Origin: Candidatus Terrybacteria bacterium RIFCSPHIGHO2_01_FULL_48_17
GTDB lineage: Bacteria; Patescibacteriota; Minisyncoccia; Terrybacterales; 2-01-FULL-58-14
Direction: 5' to 3'
NCBI GenBank assembly: GCA_001822835.1
Contig: MHSS01000008.1
Location: 9,039-73,038, forward strand
DNA: 64,000 nt
Shown here piece by piece: positions 9,108-17,986 of this stretch; the first letter of the stretch is position 1; every line of letters begins with the position of its first letter. Made by a program: the position numbers and the translations under genes. Under the pieces are notes generated by a model. It did no database searches. It saw only the letters and a program-made list of their open reading frames with translations, and had not been told where the DNA came from.

Positions 9108-9518
9108 ATGTCTTCTCTTTATCGCGAAGAAATTCTTGCGCATGCACGACACCCTCAACATAGGGGAACATTGGAACCTGCGGATATTATTGCATCGCTT
9201 ACAAATACCACGTGTGGCGATGAAATAACCATCTATATCAAAACGAAAAGCCCGTCGACTAATGAGCAAATAATCGATGAAGTTAGATTTGAAGGAGAGG
9301 GTTGTATCATAAGCCAAGCTGCAGCAGATCTTTTTTCAGAATATATAACTGGGAAAACTCTCAAAAACGTTTCAACAATGACTATTGAAGGAATGCTTTC
9401 GTTGTTCAATGCTTCGATCACAGAAAGCAGAAAGCCGTGCGCCCTTTTAGCATATGAAGCATTGAAACGAAAAACGCAGCGCGTAGAATACAACAACCAA
9501 CAAGAATCCTCTCAATAA
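9108..9518 (+). CDS. sufU: SufU/IscU-type scaffold or sulfur-transfer protein
   Basis: LYREEIL.H...P, NTTCGD, GCIISQAA, RKPCA. Confidence 0.85.
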   Translation: MSSLYREEILAHARHPQHRGTLEPADIIASLTNTTCGDEITIYIKTKSPSTNEQIIDEVRFEGEGCIISQAAADLFSEYITGKTLKNVSTMTIEGMLSLFNASITESRKPCALLAYEALKRKTQRVEYNNQQESSQ

Positions 9519-9552
9519 TAATTCGTATCTATACAATATTTTCATTGTTGAT

Positions 9553-9780
9553 ATGATTACCAAAGATACCAATCTCGGTGAGCTTGTGGACAAATATCCT
9601 GCTCTTGCTCAATTTCTTTATAAGGAGTACGGCCTCCATTGCGTCAATTGTATTGCCAACGCCTCTGATACCTTAGAAACGGGCATGAAATTGCACGGCT
9701 ACGGCGATAATGCTATTAAAGATGCCGCCAGGGCCGTCAATACATTTGTTTCTCGATTAAACCAAGAAGCGGCTTTATGA
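9553..9780 (+). CDS. DUF1858 domain protein
   Basis: ITKDTNLGELVDKYP...GLHCVNC....DTLE.G...HG. Confidence 0.8.
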   Translation: MITKDTNLGELVDKYPALAQFLYKEYGLHCVNCIANASDTLETGMKLHGYGDNAIKDAARAVNTFVSRLNQEAAL

Positions 9781-9844
9781 TGCCGCGGAGGCCATACTGC
9801 CGTGGTCTTCGTAAGCCCTCTCATGGTATAGTGAATATGTCTTT

Positions 9845-12187
9845 ATGAAAAAATTCCTTATTTTTCCTATGCCGCAACAAATTCTTATAGGACTTGTCTT
9901 TCTGTTGCCTCTTTTATGGGTTCCTTTCACGGCAGATGTATTGGAATTCAATAAACAGGCGATTTTATTGGTCGCAGCCCCTCTTTTGTTGTTTTTATGG
10001 CTTCTTAAGAGCGTACGCGAAAAAGAAATTTCTTTTTCCTTAACTGCTCCGATTCTTGCAAGTATTGTTTTTGTAGTTATTTTAGGCGGTGCAGCGCTTT
10101 TATCCCAAGACCGTTGGCGAAGCATAATCGGTTTTGGGGCTGAATCCCACGAGAGTTTTGCCACAATATTGGCTGTGGCCATTATCGCGTTTAGCGCCGT
10201 TACAATACTTAAAGAAAAAAGCATTCTTTTGAAAATTTTAAGTTCTTTTTCTGTTTCAGCCGGCCTTGTTGCAATCATTGCTCTTGTCGCAGCTTTTGGA
10301 GGATTACAAGGTCTTTCCTTTCCGCCTGGTTTTAATACAATTGGTACACTCAGCGGCTTTACTGTTTTCCTTGCTGCTGCCTTTTTGGTTTCCTTTGGAC
10401 TTATACATATAACTCGAGGGGTTATTCGTGCCATATTATTGCTGGTATTGATTACGCAATTTATAGCATTATTTATTTTAGGAACTGCGATTGGATGGCT
10501 GCTTGTTGCGGTCGGTGCTGCGGTTTATTTTGTGACGCTTTTGCGCAATAATCCCGATGTGGTGCCATCTATACCGTGGTGGTTTAGTCCTCCGTTGATT
10601 GTGGGTCTTGCATTGGCATTCATGATTCTGCAGCCCCGATCCATTGTCCGTATCACGAATATTCCTCCTGAAATTTCTCCCAGTAACTCAGCAAGTGCTT
10701 ATATTGCCGCTCAAACCCTAAAAGAACGGCCGCTTTTAGGGTCAGGTCCTGGAACATGGATATACGATTATTCGAAATTTCGGCGTCCACAACCAATCAA
10801 TAGCACCTCTTTCTGGAATCTTCGTTTCGCCGAGGGGAGCTCAAAAATACTAAGCATGCTTGCGACTCATGGGATGCTCGGATGGCTCTCGTGGATAGGA
10901 GTGTTGGGTGTCGTATTGCTAGGTATTATAAGGACGCTACGACGTGCCACGCCTTCATTTTCGCCTGCCGCAAGCGGCGCTTTAACGCTATGGATAACTC
11001 TTGGTGTTGCGCAATTTGTTACCACCTCGAATATCACGCTTGAATTTCTCTTCTGGCTTGCAACCGCTGCAGTAATTGCCCATATCGATTCCTCAGTATT
11101 GCATTTCAGTTTACCGAAGGCCTCGGCACGCGCAGCTGTAGTAGGTATGGGGGCATCATTTGTTGCAGTATTACTCTTGGTCTCGTTATATGGCGTGGGA
11201 ACTCGGTATGTAGCTGCCATACAATATACTCGAGGAATTAGGGATATCCAAAACAATGATATTGAGGGGGCAATCGCCGCCATTTCCCGGTCGGCAACCT
11301 TCGATTCGCAAAATGATCTTTATTGGAGATCTTTATCCGATGTGTGGCTATTGCGTCTCGCACAACATATTCAGCAATCTCAACAAAAAAGCGACATAAA
11401 TCAAGAAATCGAAACGGCAGTAAATTCTATGCTTCAAGCAGCAACTCGCGCAACTATAATTGCGCCCCACAATGTTGCCAACTGGACACAACTTGCCGTG
11501 GTGCGCACAAATCTTATCCCGCTTGGGTCGCCAGCAGCTATACCGCAGATAGTAGAGCCGGCCATTGCATCATGGCAAAAAGCACAAGAGCTTGAGCCAT
11601 CAAACCCATTTTTACCAACCCAACGGGCAATTGTATACCTAAATGCCGCAGATATTGTACAAAACGTGGGTGAGCAAGCGAAGAGCCAACGAGAACAATA
11701 TTTAACACAAGCAGCTGCAGCACTCGAAGAAGCATTGAAACTCAAGGCAGATTATGCCCCCGCGCATTTTCAGCGAGCGCTTCTTGCTATGCGCCAAGGC
11801 AAGACCCAGGAAGCCATTTCAGACCTTGAGATTGCCCAAAAATTACAGCCGCAGGATATAACTATAGCTGCACAATTAGGGGTGCTGTATTTTAATGCGG
11901 GACGACTGGCGGGGGCCGAAAGCTTACTTGCGGCAGTACTTAAAGCAGCGCAGGCCACTGGACAGGATCACGCAAATGCACGCTATTTCTTAGGCCTTAT
12001 TGCCGATCAGCAAGGAGAAAAGGAAGTTGCGAAGCAACATTTTGAACGTATTCTTGAACTCAATCCAGGCAATGTCTTGATAGAAAAAATCCTTACTAAT
12101 CTTCGAGATCAAAAACCGGCATTAGAGGGTCTTGAAAGCGCACCGGGCCTTGTTCCTGCTGTGGCAGTTTCCGAGGACGAATCATAA
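9845..12187 (+). CDS. O-antigen-ligase-like membrane protein with C-terminal TPR repeats
   Basis: About 12 TM, PLLGSGPGTW loop, MLATHGMLG, followed by TPR-like helices (AHFQRALL, ARYFLGLI...LELNPGN). Confidence 0.75.
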   Translation: MKKFLIFPMPQQILIGLVFLLPLLWVPFTADVLEFNKQAILLVAAPLLLFLWLLKSVREKEISFSLTAPILASIVFVVILGGAALLSQDRWRSIIGFGAESHESFATILAVAIIAFSAVTILKEKSILLKILSSFSVSAGLVAIIALVAAFGGLQGLSFPPGFNTIGTLSGFTVFLAAAFLVSFGLIHITRGVIRAILLLVLITQFIALFILGTAIGWLLVAVGAAVYFVTLLRNNPDVVPSIPWWFSPPLIVGLALAFMILQPRSIVRITNIPPEISPSNSASAYIAAQTLKERPLLGSGPGTWIYDYSKFRRPQPINSTSFWNLRFAEGSSKILSMLATHGMLGWLSWIGVLGVVLLGIIRTLRRATPSFSPAASGALTLWITLGVAQFVTTSNITLEFLFWLATAAVIAHIDSSVLHFSLPKASARAAVVGMGASFVAVLLLVSLYGVGTRYVAAIQYTRGIRDIQNNDIEGAIAAISRSATFDSQNDLYWRSLSDVWLLRLAQHIQQSQQKSDINQEIETAVNSMLQAATRATIIAPHNVANWTQLAVVRTNLIPLGSPAAIPQIVEPAIASWQKAQELEPSNPFLPTQRAIVYLNAADIVQNVGEQAKSQREQYLTQAAAALEEALKLKADYAPAHFQRALLAMRQGKTQEAISDLEIAQKLQPQDITIAAQLGVLYFNAGRLAGAESLLAAVLKAAQATGQDHANARYFLGLIADQQGEKEVAKQHFERILELNPGNVLIEKILTNLRDQKPALEGLESAPGLVPAVAVSEDES

Positions 12188-12273
12188 ACCCTTCCATCAG
12201 GATCAGCCAAAAAACAATAATATGGTATTATAGAAAAGCATTATTGAAACACAGCTCAAAAGACAACAAAAGT

Positions 12274-13134
12274 ATGGCATACGTACATGATGAAAAACTA
12301 AAGAAACTTGAAGAAACCGCAGCTACAATCCGTAGCGATACGATCGAATCTGTAATTATCGCAAAGTCGGGACACATTGCCGGACCGCTCGATATGGCAG
12401 ATGTTTTCACCGCCATGTATTTTCATGTCCTCAAACATGATCCCAAAAACCCTCTTTGGGAAGAGCGAGACCGTCTTGTTCTTTCAAACGGCCATATTGT
12501 ACCGGTACAGTACGCCGCGTTAGCTCATGCGGGGTATTTCCCAGTGGAAGAATTGAAAACGCTTCGCCAATTTGGAACGCGCCTGCAAGGACACCCTCAC
12601 CGTCCCACGCTTCCTGGTCTTGAAACAACATCGGGTCCTTTGGGTTCCGGACTTTCACAAGCGGTAGGAATGGCTTTGGGGTTTAAAATGGATGGCAAAT
12701 CAAATCAGGTATATTGCTTGATGTCGGACGCAGAACAAGAAACCGGAAATATTTGGGAAGCAGTAATGCTTGCCGGAAAGCATAAACTGGATAATCTTAC
12801 CGGAATTATTGACCGTAACAATATCCAAATTGACGGAATGACTGAAGATATTATGCCGCTTGAGCCGCTACGCGAAAAATATGAGGCCTTTAATTGGCAC
12901 GTGCTTGATGTTGACGGACATAATATCCGTGAAATTATCGAAGCGTGCGAAGAAGCGCGGGCAATCTATGAAAAACCCGTACTGATCATTGCGCATACTA
13001 TTGCGGGAAAGGGAGTCGATTTTATGGAATTCAAATACGAATGGCATTCAAAACCCTTCACGCCGGAAGAAGCAAAAGAAGCGCTTCATGAGTTACGGAC
13101 CCTCGGGGGTAAAATTCAAAGCGAACATCAATAA
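12274..13134 (+). CDS. Transketolase, N-terminal subunit
   Basis: SGH.AG.L, RDRLVLSNGH, LQGHP, TTSGPLGSGLS, SDAEQETG TPP-binding motif. Confidence 0.92.
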   Translation: MAYVHDEKLKKLEETAATIRSDTIESVIIAKSGHIAGPLDMADVFTAMYFHVLKHDPKNPLWEERDRLVLSNGHIVPVQYAALAHAGYFPVEELKTLRQFGTRLQGHPHRPTLPGLETTSGPLGSGLSQAVGMALGFKMDGKSNQVYCLMSDAEQETGNIWEAVMLAGKHKLDNLTGIIDRNNIQIDGMTEDIMPLEPLREKYEAFNWHVLDVDGHNIREIIEACEEARAIYEKPVLIIAHTIAGKGVDFMEFKYEWHSKPFTPEEAKEALHELRTLGGKIQSEHQ

Positions 13135-13168
13135 TAGTGGGTTATTAATAATTATTTATAAATTAGCT

Positions 13169-13234
13169 ATGGATGACTTTTTTATACTGTCCTCAACGCT
13201 TCTTTTACTTGCTTCACTTCTTCTCTTTCACTAA
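13169..13234 (+). CDS. Putative 21-aa hydrophobic small protein
   Basis: MDDFFILSSTLLLLASLLLFH*; with the next ORF it fills the gap between the transketolase halves. Confidence 0.3.
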   Translation: MDDFFILSSTLLLLASLLLFH

Positions 13235-13236
13235 TT

Positions 13237-13326
13237 ATGGAAACAATATTTACCCTTATGGGCATCACCTCAACGCTCCTGGTATGGTTAAGCTGGGAGT
13301 ATGAACGTGTTCGCCGCAACGACTAA
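13237..13326 (+). CDS. Putative 29-aa single-TM small protein
   Basis: METIFTLMGITSTLLVWLSWEYERVRRND*. Confidence 0.4.
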   Translation: METIFTLMGITSTLLVWLSWEYERVRRND

Positions 13327-13345
13327 GCTCTCATAAGATTGCGTC

Positions 13346-14353
13346 ATGTTACGGGAAGAAGCACAACTTGTTTCGAAAGACGTTTTTTCTCAAGATCGCT
13401 CATGCGCTCAATTAATTGCGTTGCGTGATGGTTTTGGAAAGGGCGTTGTCCGCGCAGGAGAAAAAAATCCAAATGTAATGGTTATTTGTGCGGATCTGTC
13501 AGAATCCACCCGATCGCTTTGGTTTAAGGAAAAATTTCCGGAACGATTCCTGCAAATAGGAGTAGCGGAACAGAACATGGCCGCAGTTGCTTCAGGCCTG
13601 GCTGCGGTAGGAAAAATTCCTTTTATTGCCTCCTACGCCATGTTCTCACCGGGGCGAAATTGGGAGCAAATCCGTACCACGATTTGTTATAACAATCAAA
13701 ACGTAAAAATTGCCGGTGCGCATGCAGGAATTTCCGTAGGACCCGATGGAGCAACCCATCAGGCAATTGAGGACGTAGCAATCACGCGACCCATCGCAAA
13801 TATGACTGTTATTATTCCTGCGGATGCGATCGAAGCCGAAAAGGCAACATTTGCCGCAGCACAAATAGATGGTCCCGTATATATCCGATATGCGCGGGAA
13901 AAAACGCCGGTGATCACCACAGAGAGAACTCCGTTTGAAATTGGCCGAGCCGAAGTATATTACGACGGGACAGATGTGGCTTTAGTTGCATCGGGGCCTT
14001 TGGTTTATGAGGCGCTACGAGCAGCGTATATTCTTAAAGAAAAAGGAATTTCAGCGCGCGTGATCAATAATCATACAGTCAAACCGATTGACGAAAAAAC
14101 CATTGCGCAAGCGGCACAAGAGTGCGGCGCAATAGTAACCGCAGAAGAACACCAAGTACAAGGAGGCATGGGATCTGCAGTTGCAGAGATTGTTGTAAAG
14201 ACCCATGCGGTTCCTATGGAGTTTGTCGGGGTGCAAAACCGTTTTGGCGAATCAGGCCCCCCTGATCTGCTAATGGATAAATTTGGTTTAAGAGATAGTA
14301 ATATTGTTGAGGCAGCGCAAAAGGCAATAAAACGAAAGAAACGGCCAGCGTAG
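13346..14353 (+). CDS. Transketolase, C-terminal subunit
   Basis: ADLSEST, GVAEQNM, GPDGATHQ, TAEEHQ, RFGESG. Confidence 0.92.
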   Translation: MLREEAQLVSKDVFSQDRSCAQLIALRDGFGKGVVRAGEKNPNVMVICADLSESTRSLWFKEKFPERFLQIGVAEQNMAAVASGLAAVGKIPFIASYAMFSPGRNWEQIRTTICYNNQNVKIAGAHAGISVGPDGATHQAIEDVAITRPIANMTVIIPADAIEAEKATFAAAQIDGPVYIRYAREKTPVITTERTPFEIGRAEVYYDGTDVALVASGPLVYEALRAAYILKEKGISARVINNHTVKPIDEKTIAQAAQECGAIVTAEEHQVQGGMGSAVAEIVVKTHAVPMEFVGVQNRFGESGPPDLLMDKFGLRDSNIVEAAQKAIKRKKRPA

Positions 14354-14355
14354 AT

Positions 14356-14985
14356 ATGTATGATGCTCGGCTTTTCGAATTTATTAAAAAAGCACGAGGT
14401 GAAGGACAAACTGATACGCAAATCCAGGAACGATTAAAAAACTCCGGTTGGTCAAATCAGGCCATTGCCGATGCTTTTGGGGGCAAGTTACCTTACGACC
14501 CGAATAGCACCAAACCCCGCGCAAAAGGGGTTCGTCTTTTTAAAAATATTATTCTGCTCATCGGGGGTTTTGGCGCTATAGTTCTTGCTCTTCTTGTTGC
14601 ATTAATACCTCTTGTGCTTTTTTCATTAAACGCCGCACGCGCACAGGCAAGAGATACGCGTCGCATTTCAGATATTTCTCTTTTGCGCAATGCAATTAAT
14701 GCATTTCATATCCAATATGGCACATACCCGGAAGGGCAAGGTCCGTTATCAACAGGGGTATTAGATGTCTTAATAACAGAACACATGCTAGAAAAGATTC
14801 CCACAGATCCCGGAGAATATTTTTATTTCTATTGCTCAGATCCAAATCGACACTCTTTTGTTCTTGGCGCAACGCTTGAACAAGAAAATTTAAGCATACT
14901 ATACGTTGATCTCGATGGAGACCAGTATTGCCAATCGGAAACGCACCAATGCGATGATCCAGCGCTTTGTGTAGGACCGAAGTAA
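14356..14985 (+). CDS. Pilin/GspG-like membrane-anchored protein
   Basis: TM helix then ARAQARDTRRISDI..L..AI..F....GTYP and IPTDP; C-terminal Cys pairs. Confidence 0.65.
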   Translation: MYDARLFEFIKKARGEGQTDTQIQERLKNSGWSNQAIADAFGGKLPYDPNSTKPRAKGVRLFKNIILLIGGFGAIVLALLVALIPLVLFSLNAARAQARDTRRISDISLLRNAINAFHIQYGTYPEGQGPLSTGVLDVLITEHMLEKIPTDPGEYFYFYCSDPNRHSFVLGATLEQENLSILYVDLDGDQYCQSETHQCDDPALCVGPK

Positions 14986-15009
14986 CCGCCGCAATATTTT
15001 TTGTATTTT

Positions 15010-15957
15010 ATGCCAATACTGGGCATGCTCGTGGGCCTAATCCTATGGGGCGGTATTTCATTAACCTTATTTTTACATTCAACTCCGTATCCGAAACCAA
15101 TTGATTTTCTTGGTATTCCCGCCTTTTTATGGAATGCCGATACGATTTTACAAAACTGGTGGCCCTGGCCCCTTGTTGTTTGGCAAGTTCTTGCATACGG
15201 CGGAGCGCTCGCATTTGGAATGCTTGCGTATGCCTTAATCCATGAAGGAAAATCTCGTGGCATGCGATACATGGGACGAATTGCCTCTGCATGGATTCTG
15301 GCTATTGGAATCATTCTGTTCTTTTATTTTATATCAAGCTTAATCCGACTTAACCTTGAGGAGAAAAGATACTTTGAAGAAGCAGTATTTTATACGGCTT
15401 TTGGCATCGTACTGGGGATCATCGGTATTCTCTCGTTTTATTTTCTCCGAGGACGGACGTCACAAGAAACCTACTCTTTTTTTTCCTCTCCCATAACCCA
15501 AAAAACTCTTGCTGTTACCCTATTAGTTTTTTTCCTAACGACCTTTATCACTATTATATATATGCACGCGGTTCCGGGCACTTTTGCTTCTTTACGATTT
15601 CCTGGAATAATTTTTGGTCAAGACGCCTGGGCGCATAAACCATGGGAGCTTTTTTTATATGACCTATTTTTGGGAGTAACATTTGTAGCACTTATATGCG
15701 CATCCCTTTCTCTCATATTTATAAAAAATCTCCTGTGGCGGATACTAGGAACAGTGGCCGCGGTTTTGGGAATGTTTACCGTAAGCACAGGTATTGTTAC
15801 CGTCTTTTTCAACAAGGAAAACTTTATACTTTTTAGGGATGGGCTTTGGATTATTTTTGCAATACTTGGTGCTATCGGAATTCTTTTTTTGTTGGCGCTT
15901 TGTTCACACTTTCGATTTCGATATATATATGACGGAAAAGCTGGAAAAAAGAGGTGA
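15010..15957 (+). CDS. Hypothetical polytopic membrane protein
   Basis: About 8 hydrophobic segments; start uncertain (15001 TTG or 15010 ATG). Confidence 0.65.
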   Translation: MPILGMLVGLILWGGISLTLFLHSTPYPKPIDFLGIPAFLWNADTILQNWWPWPLVVWQVLAYGGALAFGMLAYALIHEGKSRGMRYMGRIASAWILAIGIILFFYFISSLIRLNLEEKRYFEEAVFYTAFGIVLGIIGILSFYFLRGRTSQETYSFFSSPITQKTLAVTLLVFFLTTFITIIYMHAVPGTFASLRFPGIIFGQDAWAHKPWELFLYDLFLGVTFVALICASLSLIFIKNLLWRILGTVAAVLGMFTVSTGIVTVFFNKENFILFRDGLWIIFAILGAIGILFLLALCSHFRFRYIYDGKAGKKR

Positions 15958-16651
15958 GCCAAAACACCGCCCTGGCGGTGGAATATTGCGAGATGCAGTA
16001 TATGCAGCACACGACGGAATTATTACTACGTTTGCAGTTGTTGCGGGCGTCATTGGTGCAGATTTATCTGGTGGCATTGTGCTTGTTTTAGGTATTGCAA
16101 ATCTTATTGCCGATGGTATATCGATGGGTGCTGGAAATTTCCTTGGGTTACGTTCGGAACAAACATTTATTAAAAGTGAGCATGCGGCAGAAAAACAAGA
16201 AATTGAAGATGTGCCCGAAGAAGAACAAAACGAAATTCGGGAAATCTATCGGGAAAAAGGATTTGAAGGCGCTTTGCTTGAACAAATTGTTAATACCATC
16301 ACGGCAGACAAGGAGCGATGGGCACATATCATGTTGCACGAAGAACTGGGATTGTCGCATCCCGAAGACATTCGCCCGATGCGCAATGCCCTTGTAACCT
16401 TCCTTTCATTTCTTATGGCTGGTACGGTACCCCTTGTTCCATACCTTATACCATGGTTTGAAGATATGCGTTTTCCGGCAAGTATCTTTTTTACGGCCTT
16501 TGCTTTATTTTTTGTAGGAGGCATACGCACAATCGTTATGCGTGGGAATATAATGCTTAATGCCCTAGAGGTTTTATTGATAGGTTCGCTTTCTGGAATC
16601 GCTGCGTACGTTATCGGATTTGCACTTCGCTCATTGGTTAATGCCGCATGA
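15929..16651 (+). CDS. VIT1/CCC1 family Fe/Mn transporter
   Basis: LRDAVYAAHDGIITTFAVVAG, ANLIADGISMGAG, GTVPLVPY. Confidence 0.9.
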   Translation: MTEKLEKRGEPKHRPGGGILRDAVYAAHDGIITTFAVVAGVIGADLSGGIVLVLGIANLIADGISMGAGNFLGLRSEQTFIKSEHAAEKQEIEDVPEEEQNEIREIYREKGFEGALLEQIVNTITADKERWAHIMLHEELGLSHPEDIRPMRNALVTFLSFLMAGTVPLVPYLIPWFEDMRFPASIFFTAFALFFVGGIRTIVMRGNIMLNALEVLLIGSLSGIAAYVIGFALRSLVNAA

Positions 16652-16677
16652 TATCCTTTTAGAATCAATTGTTTGTA

Positions 16678-16686
16678 TGATATAAT
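16678..16686 (+). promoter_or_regulatory. Extended -10 promoter (TGnTATAAT), probable leaderless transcript
   Basis: TGATATAAT ends 8 nt before the ATG at 16695. Confidence 0.55.
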
Positions 16687-16694
16687 GCACCCGT

Positions 16695-16934
16695 ATGAAG
16701 GTTACTCTGTATACGACCCCCACATGTGTTTATTGCCGATTGGCTAAACAGTTTTTCCAAGATCATAATGTTGAATATACAGAATACGATGTCACTCGAA
16801 ACGAGGCGGCGCGTGATGATTTAATCGAAAAATCAGGACAGCTAGGTGTTCCGGTTATTGATATCGACGGAAATATCGTTATTGGCTTTAACAAAGAAAA
16901 GCTTGTGCAACTTCTCAATATTTCTTCTCACTAA
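16695..16934 (+). CDS. Glutaredoxin-like (NrdH-redoxin) protein
   Basis: YTTPTCVYC, SGQLGVPVIDIDG...GF. Confidence 0.9.
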   Translation: MKVTLYTTPTCVYCRLAKQFFQDHNVEYTEYDVTRNEAARDDLIEKSGQLGVPVIDIDGNIVIGFNKEKLVQLLNISSH

Positions 16935-16946
16935 AATAAAGAAATT

Positions 16947-17972
16947 ATGATTCGTGTTGCTATCAATGGATTTGGTCGTATCGGAAGAGCATTCTTTCGT
17001 CAAGCATTTGATCGAACGGATATAGAAATTGTGGCCATTAATGATCTCGGCGATTTTAACAATCTTGCCTATCTTCTTAAATATGACACGGTGTATGGAC
17101 GTTGGAATAAAGTTATCGAAACAATTCCAGACGGAAATAATCCTTCACTCATCATTCAAGGCAAAAAAATCTTAACTTTTGCTGAGCGGGAACCCGAAAA
17201 GCTCCCATGGAAAGAGCTTGAAATTGACGTTGTAGTTGAGGCAACAGGCGTTTTTGCATCAGAAGAAGGTGGGAAAAAACATCTTGCGGCTGGGGCAAAA
17301 CGAGTAGTTATTTCTGCGCCGGCAAAAGGCAACGTGGAGCATGTGCTCATTGGTGCCAATGATGAAAGATTTCAAGATACGACCTTGGGCGCAATTACTG
17401 CAAACGCATCCTGTACCACCAACGCATCAGTACCTCCCATGGCAGTACTTATGGAATATCCAGGGGTCGCAAAAGGGATTTTACAGACCGTACATGCCTA
17501 TACGGCAACGCAAACGATAGTGGATGGGCCCGGCGGTAAGGGTGATTTTCGCAGGGGACGAGCTGCTGCTCAAAATATTATTCCGGCACACACCGGTGCC
17601 GCTGATGCAGTAGTAAAATCATTACCATCGCTGGATGGAATTTTTGATGGCCTTGCGATTCGCGTACCAGTTCCGGTAGGATCCCTTTCGATGCTTACGA
17701 TCCTCGCAAAGCGGAAAACAAGTGTTGACGAAATAAATAATCATTTCCGCAAGGCCGTACAACAGCCCCGATGGAAAGGGATACTTGAAATAACCGAGGA
17801 GCAGATCGTATCCTCGGATATTATCGGCACAACCGCCGCAGCCATTGTTGACCTTACATTTACGCGCGTGGTTGACGGCGACCTGGTCACCGTATTCTCT
17901 TGGTATGATAACGAATGGGCATACTCCCATACTTTAATAGAACATGTATTAAGGGTTGGAAAACGTCTTTGA
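16947..17972 (+). CDS. gap: Glyceraldehyde-3-phosphate dehydrogenase, type I
   Basis: INGFGRIGR, ASCTTN, WYDNEW. Confidence 0.95.
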   Translation: MIRVAINGFGRIGRAFFRQAFDRTDIEIVAINDLGDFNNLAYLLKYDTVYGRWNKVIETIPDGNNPSLIIQGKKILTFAEREPEKLPWKELEIDVVVEATGVFASEEGGKKHLAAGAKRVVISAPAKGNVEHVLIGANDERFQDTTLGAITANASCTTNASVPPMAVLMEYPGVAKGILQTVHAYTATQTIVDGPGGKGDFRRGRAAAQNIIPAHTGAADAVVKSLPSLDGIFDGLAIRVPVPVGSLSMLTILAKRKTSVDEINNHFRKAVQQPRWKGILEITEEQIVSSDIIGTTAAAIVDLTFTRVVDGDLVTVFSWYDNEWAYSHTLIEHVLRVGKRL

Positions 17973-17986
17973 GCATAATCCTGCCT

